From Bugula neritina (Eukaryota; Animalia; Bryozoa), in assembly GCA_964035545.1 (NCBI GenBank), contig OZ037771.1:6295190-6359189 (forward strand): a stretch of 64,000 nucleotides of DNA. The letters run 5' to 3'. This document shows positions 60,935 through 64,000 of this stretch, one piece after another. The first letter of the stretch is position 1. Every line of letters begins with the position of its first letter. Made by a program: the position numbers and the translations under genes. The notes under the pieces are model-generated. The model was not told the origin of the DNA, made no database searches, and saw only the letters and a list, made by a program, of their open reading frames with translations.

Positions 60935-61419
60935 TGTAGTATTATACATATATTCTGTATATATTACAGCTAAGAAAACTTTGTATTATATGTCTACTCT
61001 GCATATTATATTGCTTGGTATATATAATTTAGTATTATACGTGTATACTCTGCGTATATTACTTTATATATAATATATATAGCTAATATATCATAGTATT
61101 TGTGCGTATATTTGCTATGTATTGAACTAGCCTTGTCAATACACCACATAGATGCATATTATGACATACCACATTTTATGTGCTCGGTTACTTTTTATTC
61201 TAATGTCTATTTGTTTAAACTCATTATATACAGTTTTTGCCATATCAATATACAAGCCAGTTGTTATTCTGTCACTGTTTATCTACATGTATTTTTATGT
61301 CAGTTACTTGTTAGCTTCAATACAATACAGTCATACATTCTACTCTACAGCCAATCTTACTTATACGTGCTTAATCTTACTGTTTACTCTTGTTTAACAT
61401 AAATAACAAGAACACAACA
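60935..61419 (+). mobile_element. 5' LTR of Ty3/gypsy element (left boundary tentative)
   Basis: Ends ..AACACAACA two bases before the PBS; the candidate start TGTAGTATT is an imperfect inverted match to that end. Confidence 0.55.
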
Positions 61420-61421
61420 AC

Positions 61422-61439
61422 TGGTGTCAGAACTGGGAT
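61422..61439 (+). other. Primer-binding site complementary to the tRNA-Leu 3' end
   Basis: TGGTGTCAGAACTGGGAT, one mismatch from the usual TGGTGTCAGAAGTGGGAT. Confidence 0.8.
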
Positions 61440-61462
61440 AAATACAACCATATCATTTTGAA

Positions 61463-63976
61463 ATGGAGGAAGTTATAAAACAACTTGTAACAACAATGCA
61501 GCAACAACAGCAGCAGCAGATGGAGCAATTCGCTCAAATACTGGGACAGTTTACTACAGCTGTAAAGCCTGGTGAACCTGCACAAAATAAATCTGTAACT
61601 GTGCCTAGATTCGACTCTTATGACAGAGACAAGGAATCATGGACTCAGTATTTACAGCGGCTCAATCAACACTTTACCGTTTACAACGTAAGTGACAGTG
61701 AACAAAAACGAGCTTGCTTACTTTCATGGATTGGCTCAGAATGTTATGAATTGCTGACAAAACTGTATGGCTCGGAGGACATAACTACCATGTCGTTCGA
61801 TAATCTAGCAGGTAAGCTTAGCACACATTTTATTGAAACAAAACATGTGCAAGCAGCTAGATATCAGTTTTATAACTGTAAAATGAAACCTAACCAGTCA
61901 TACTCAGATTGGGCAGCTGATTTACGGGGTTTAGCTCGTAACTGCAATTTTACCTGTAAAAAGGAAGACTGTGGTGAAAGTTATGTTGATGATCAAATTC
62001 GTGACATAATTATTAAAGAAACTCCACATGCTGATGTACGTAGACAATGCTTATTGGATCCAGATCCTACACTGGAAAATGTGTTAAAGAAGGCAGCTAC
62101 ATACATTCAAACAGCAGAAACTGATAAAGTTTTGAAGGGTGAGACCTCTACACCTGTTACCACAAATCAAATGTCCTCAACATACAAACGTCAAAACAAA
62201 GGTAGTCAGGGCAAGAGACCACAATTTCACAAGTCTGAAAACCAGACTGCTATGCCAACACAGCCTTCCAAGTTGAAATCGTGTCCACAATGCTACATTA
62301 GCCACGATCGTAAACAATGTCCTCATCGTAACAAACAATGTAAGCTGTGCAACAAAACAGGACATATTTCTAGCGTCTGCAAAACTTCATCAAAATCAAG
62401 TGGGAACAACTCTCACTTCGTAGAAGAATCTTCAAGTAGTGTTTACAATATATATGAACGCAAGGGGAAACAAATATGGATTAACACTACTGTGAACAAC
62501 AAACAAACACAATTTCAGTGGGACACAGGCGCTACTTGTTCTATGGTAGGAAACAAAGGCTACAAAGCCCTAGGCTCTCCACCATATCAACAGACAGCCA
62601 CGACCCTTCATTCATATGGAAATACCGCTATGCAGGTACGTGGTGAATGCTATGTAACAGTAACCATTGGTCAGACTACAAAAAACAATCTTCGATTATT
62701 AATAGTAGACTCAGATGAAGGTGTCAACTTACTGGGTGTAGACTGGAGTGACATTTTTGGACTATCACAACAGGGTCTATCTGCTGTAGACAGTGACACC
62801 GAGGTTACTAACGCGGTACACAATGTTGATACCAAGGTCAAAGTTCTCACAACAAAATATCCCGATGTTTTCAAACCTGGAATAGGACATTGTAAAACAT
62901 TCAAAGTATCAATTTACCTCAAATCAGAACATAAACCTTGTTTTTCTAAACTTAGAGAAATCCCCTATTCTCAACATGAGGCCACTAGGGCTGAATTAAA
63001 CAGGCTTGAAGCTGAAGGTGTCATACAACGTATTAACTTCAGTAACTGGGCCGCTCCTATAGTAGTGGTTACCAAACCGTCTGGCAAAGTTCGCATCTGT
63101 GGAGATTTCAAGCGACTCAATCAGTGCATCTCCATAGATCAGCATCCACTACCAAAACTGGATGATTTAATGAACAGGCTTAGAGGAGGTAAATTCTTCA
63201 CCAAACTTGACTTGGCTGATGCTTACCTACAACTTGAGCTAGAAGATGATGCCAAACAGCTGTGTGTGATAAACACTCCATTCGGATTATACCAATATAA
63301 TAGAATGTGCTTTGGAATTGCCCCTGGTCCAGCTCAGTTTCAACGGTGTATGGATACCTTGACTCAAAAATTACCAGGAGTTGCTGCATACCTTGATGAA
63401 TTAATCATTACTGGTAAAACGGAGGAAGAACACTGGACTAATCTGACAAACCTGCTTTCAACACTTCAAGAGCATGGTTTTCGAATACGATTAGACAAGT
63501 GTGAATTCTTCAAGCACTCTGTTGAGTATCTGGGTCACACCATCGACAAGGATGGCAAACGACCAACAGCTGCTTCCATGGCAGCTCTCTCTCAATTACC
63601 TCAACCACAGGACTTGCACCAACTGCAAGCATTTCTAGGAAAGGTTAACTACTATGGGCGCTTCATCTCTAATCTTGCGGATAAAGCAGCTCCACTTTAC
63701 AAGCTCCTCAAGAATGATACCACATTCACATGGTCAAATGAATGTGAACAAGCCTTTACCCAGCTGAAGAATAGCATTATCAATGCTACTAGCCTGACAC
63801 ACTATGATGAGACAAAACCCCTAATTCTTGCAGCCGATGAGTCATCCTATGGATTAGGAGTTGTTCTCTCGCAGGATACTGATCAGGGAGAAGTTCCAGT
63901 GGCTTACGCTTCAAAAACAAGGAAATGCTATCTACATAGTACAAACAGACAGTGGCAACTGGAAGAGGCATGCTAA
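61463..63976 (+). mobile_element. Ty3/gypsy (Mag-like) gag-PR-RT-partial RNase H ORF, defective
   Basis: Two Zn knuckles (CPQCYISHDRKQC, CKLCNKTGHISSVC), protease WDTGATCS, RT (WAAPIVVV, RICGDFK, LDLADAYLQ, YLDE) and the RNase H start (LAADESSYGLG..VAYASKT), after which homology breaks. Confidence 0.93.
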
Positions 63977-64000
63977 TCAGCTTCAAATTCGCCTTCCATC

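Overview
AT-rich animal genomic DNA (invertebrate, probably lophotrochozoan-like; taxon not determinable from sequence alone) with many-exon genes that I spliced by hand. In order: the 3' part of an insect-type timeless (TIM1) gene (+); complete TOP2 (+, 32 coding exons, one GC-AG intron); complete MCM7 (+, 16 coding exons, E2F/CHR/CCAAT promoter); an orphan single-pass membrane protein that needs a 19-nt microexon (-); a GrlHz-like 7TM ion-channel (gustatory-receptor-like) gene whose 3' exons are absent from the window (+); a complete LRR single-pass receptor ending in the PDZ ligand ETYV (-), possibly nested in an intron of the GrlHz-like gene; and an internally deleted Ty3/gypsy (Mag-like) element. 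Introns are filled with minisatellites, MITEs (hAT, Mutator-like, pogo/Tigger-like, a 3-copy TA-flanked family) and tRNA-derived SINEs. Most long ORFs in the ORF track are translated tandem repeats. Two non-coding patterns stand out. (1) Arrays of a degenerate hexamer ANTNAT/ATNANT, with positions 2 and 4 free, lie just downstream of the predicted 5' ends of TOP2, the LRR gene and (weaker) MCM7. (2) Repeated tandem duplications copy real splice junctions, leaving arrays of decoy acceptors or donors. Family assignments rest on recalled motif similarity, not database searches.
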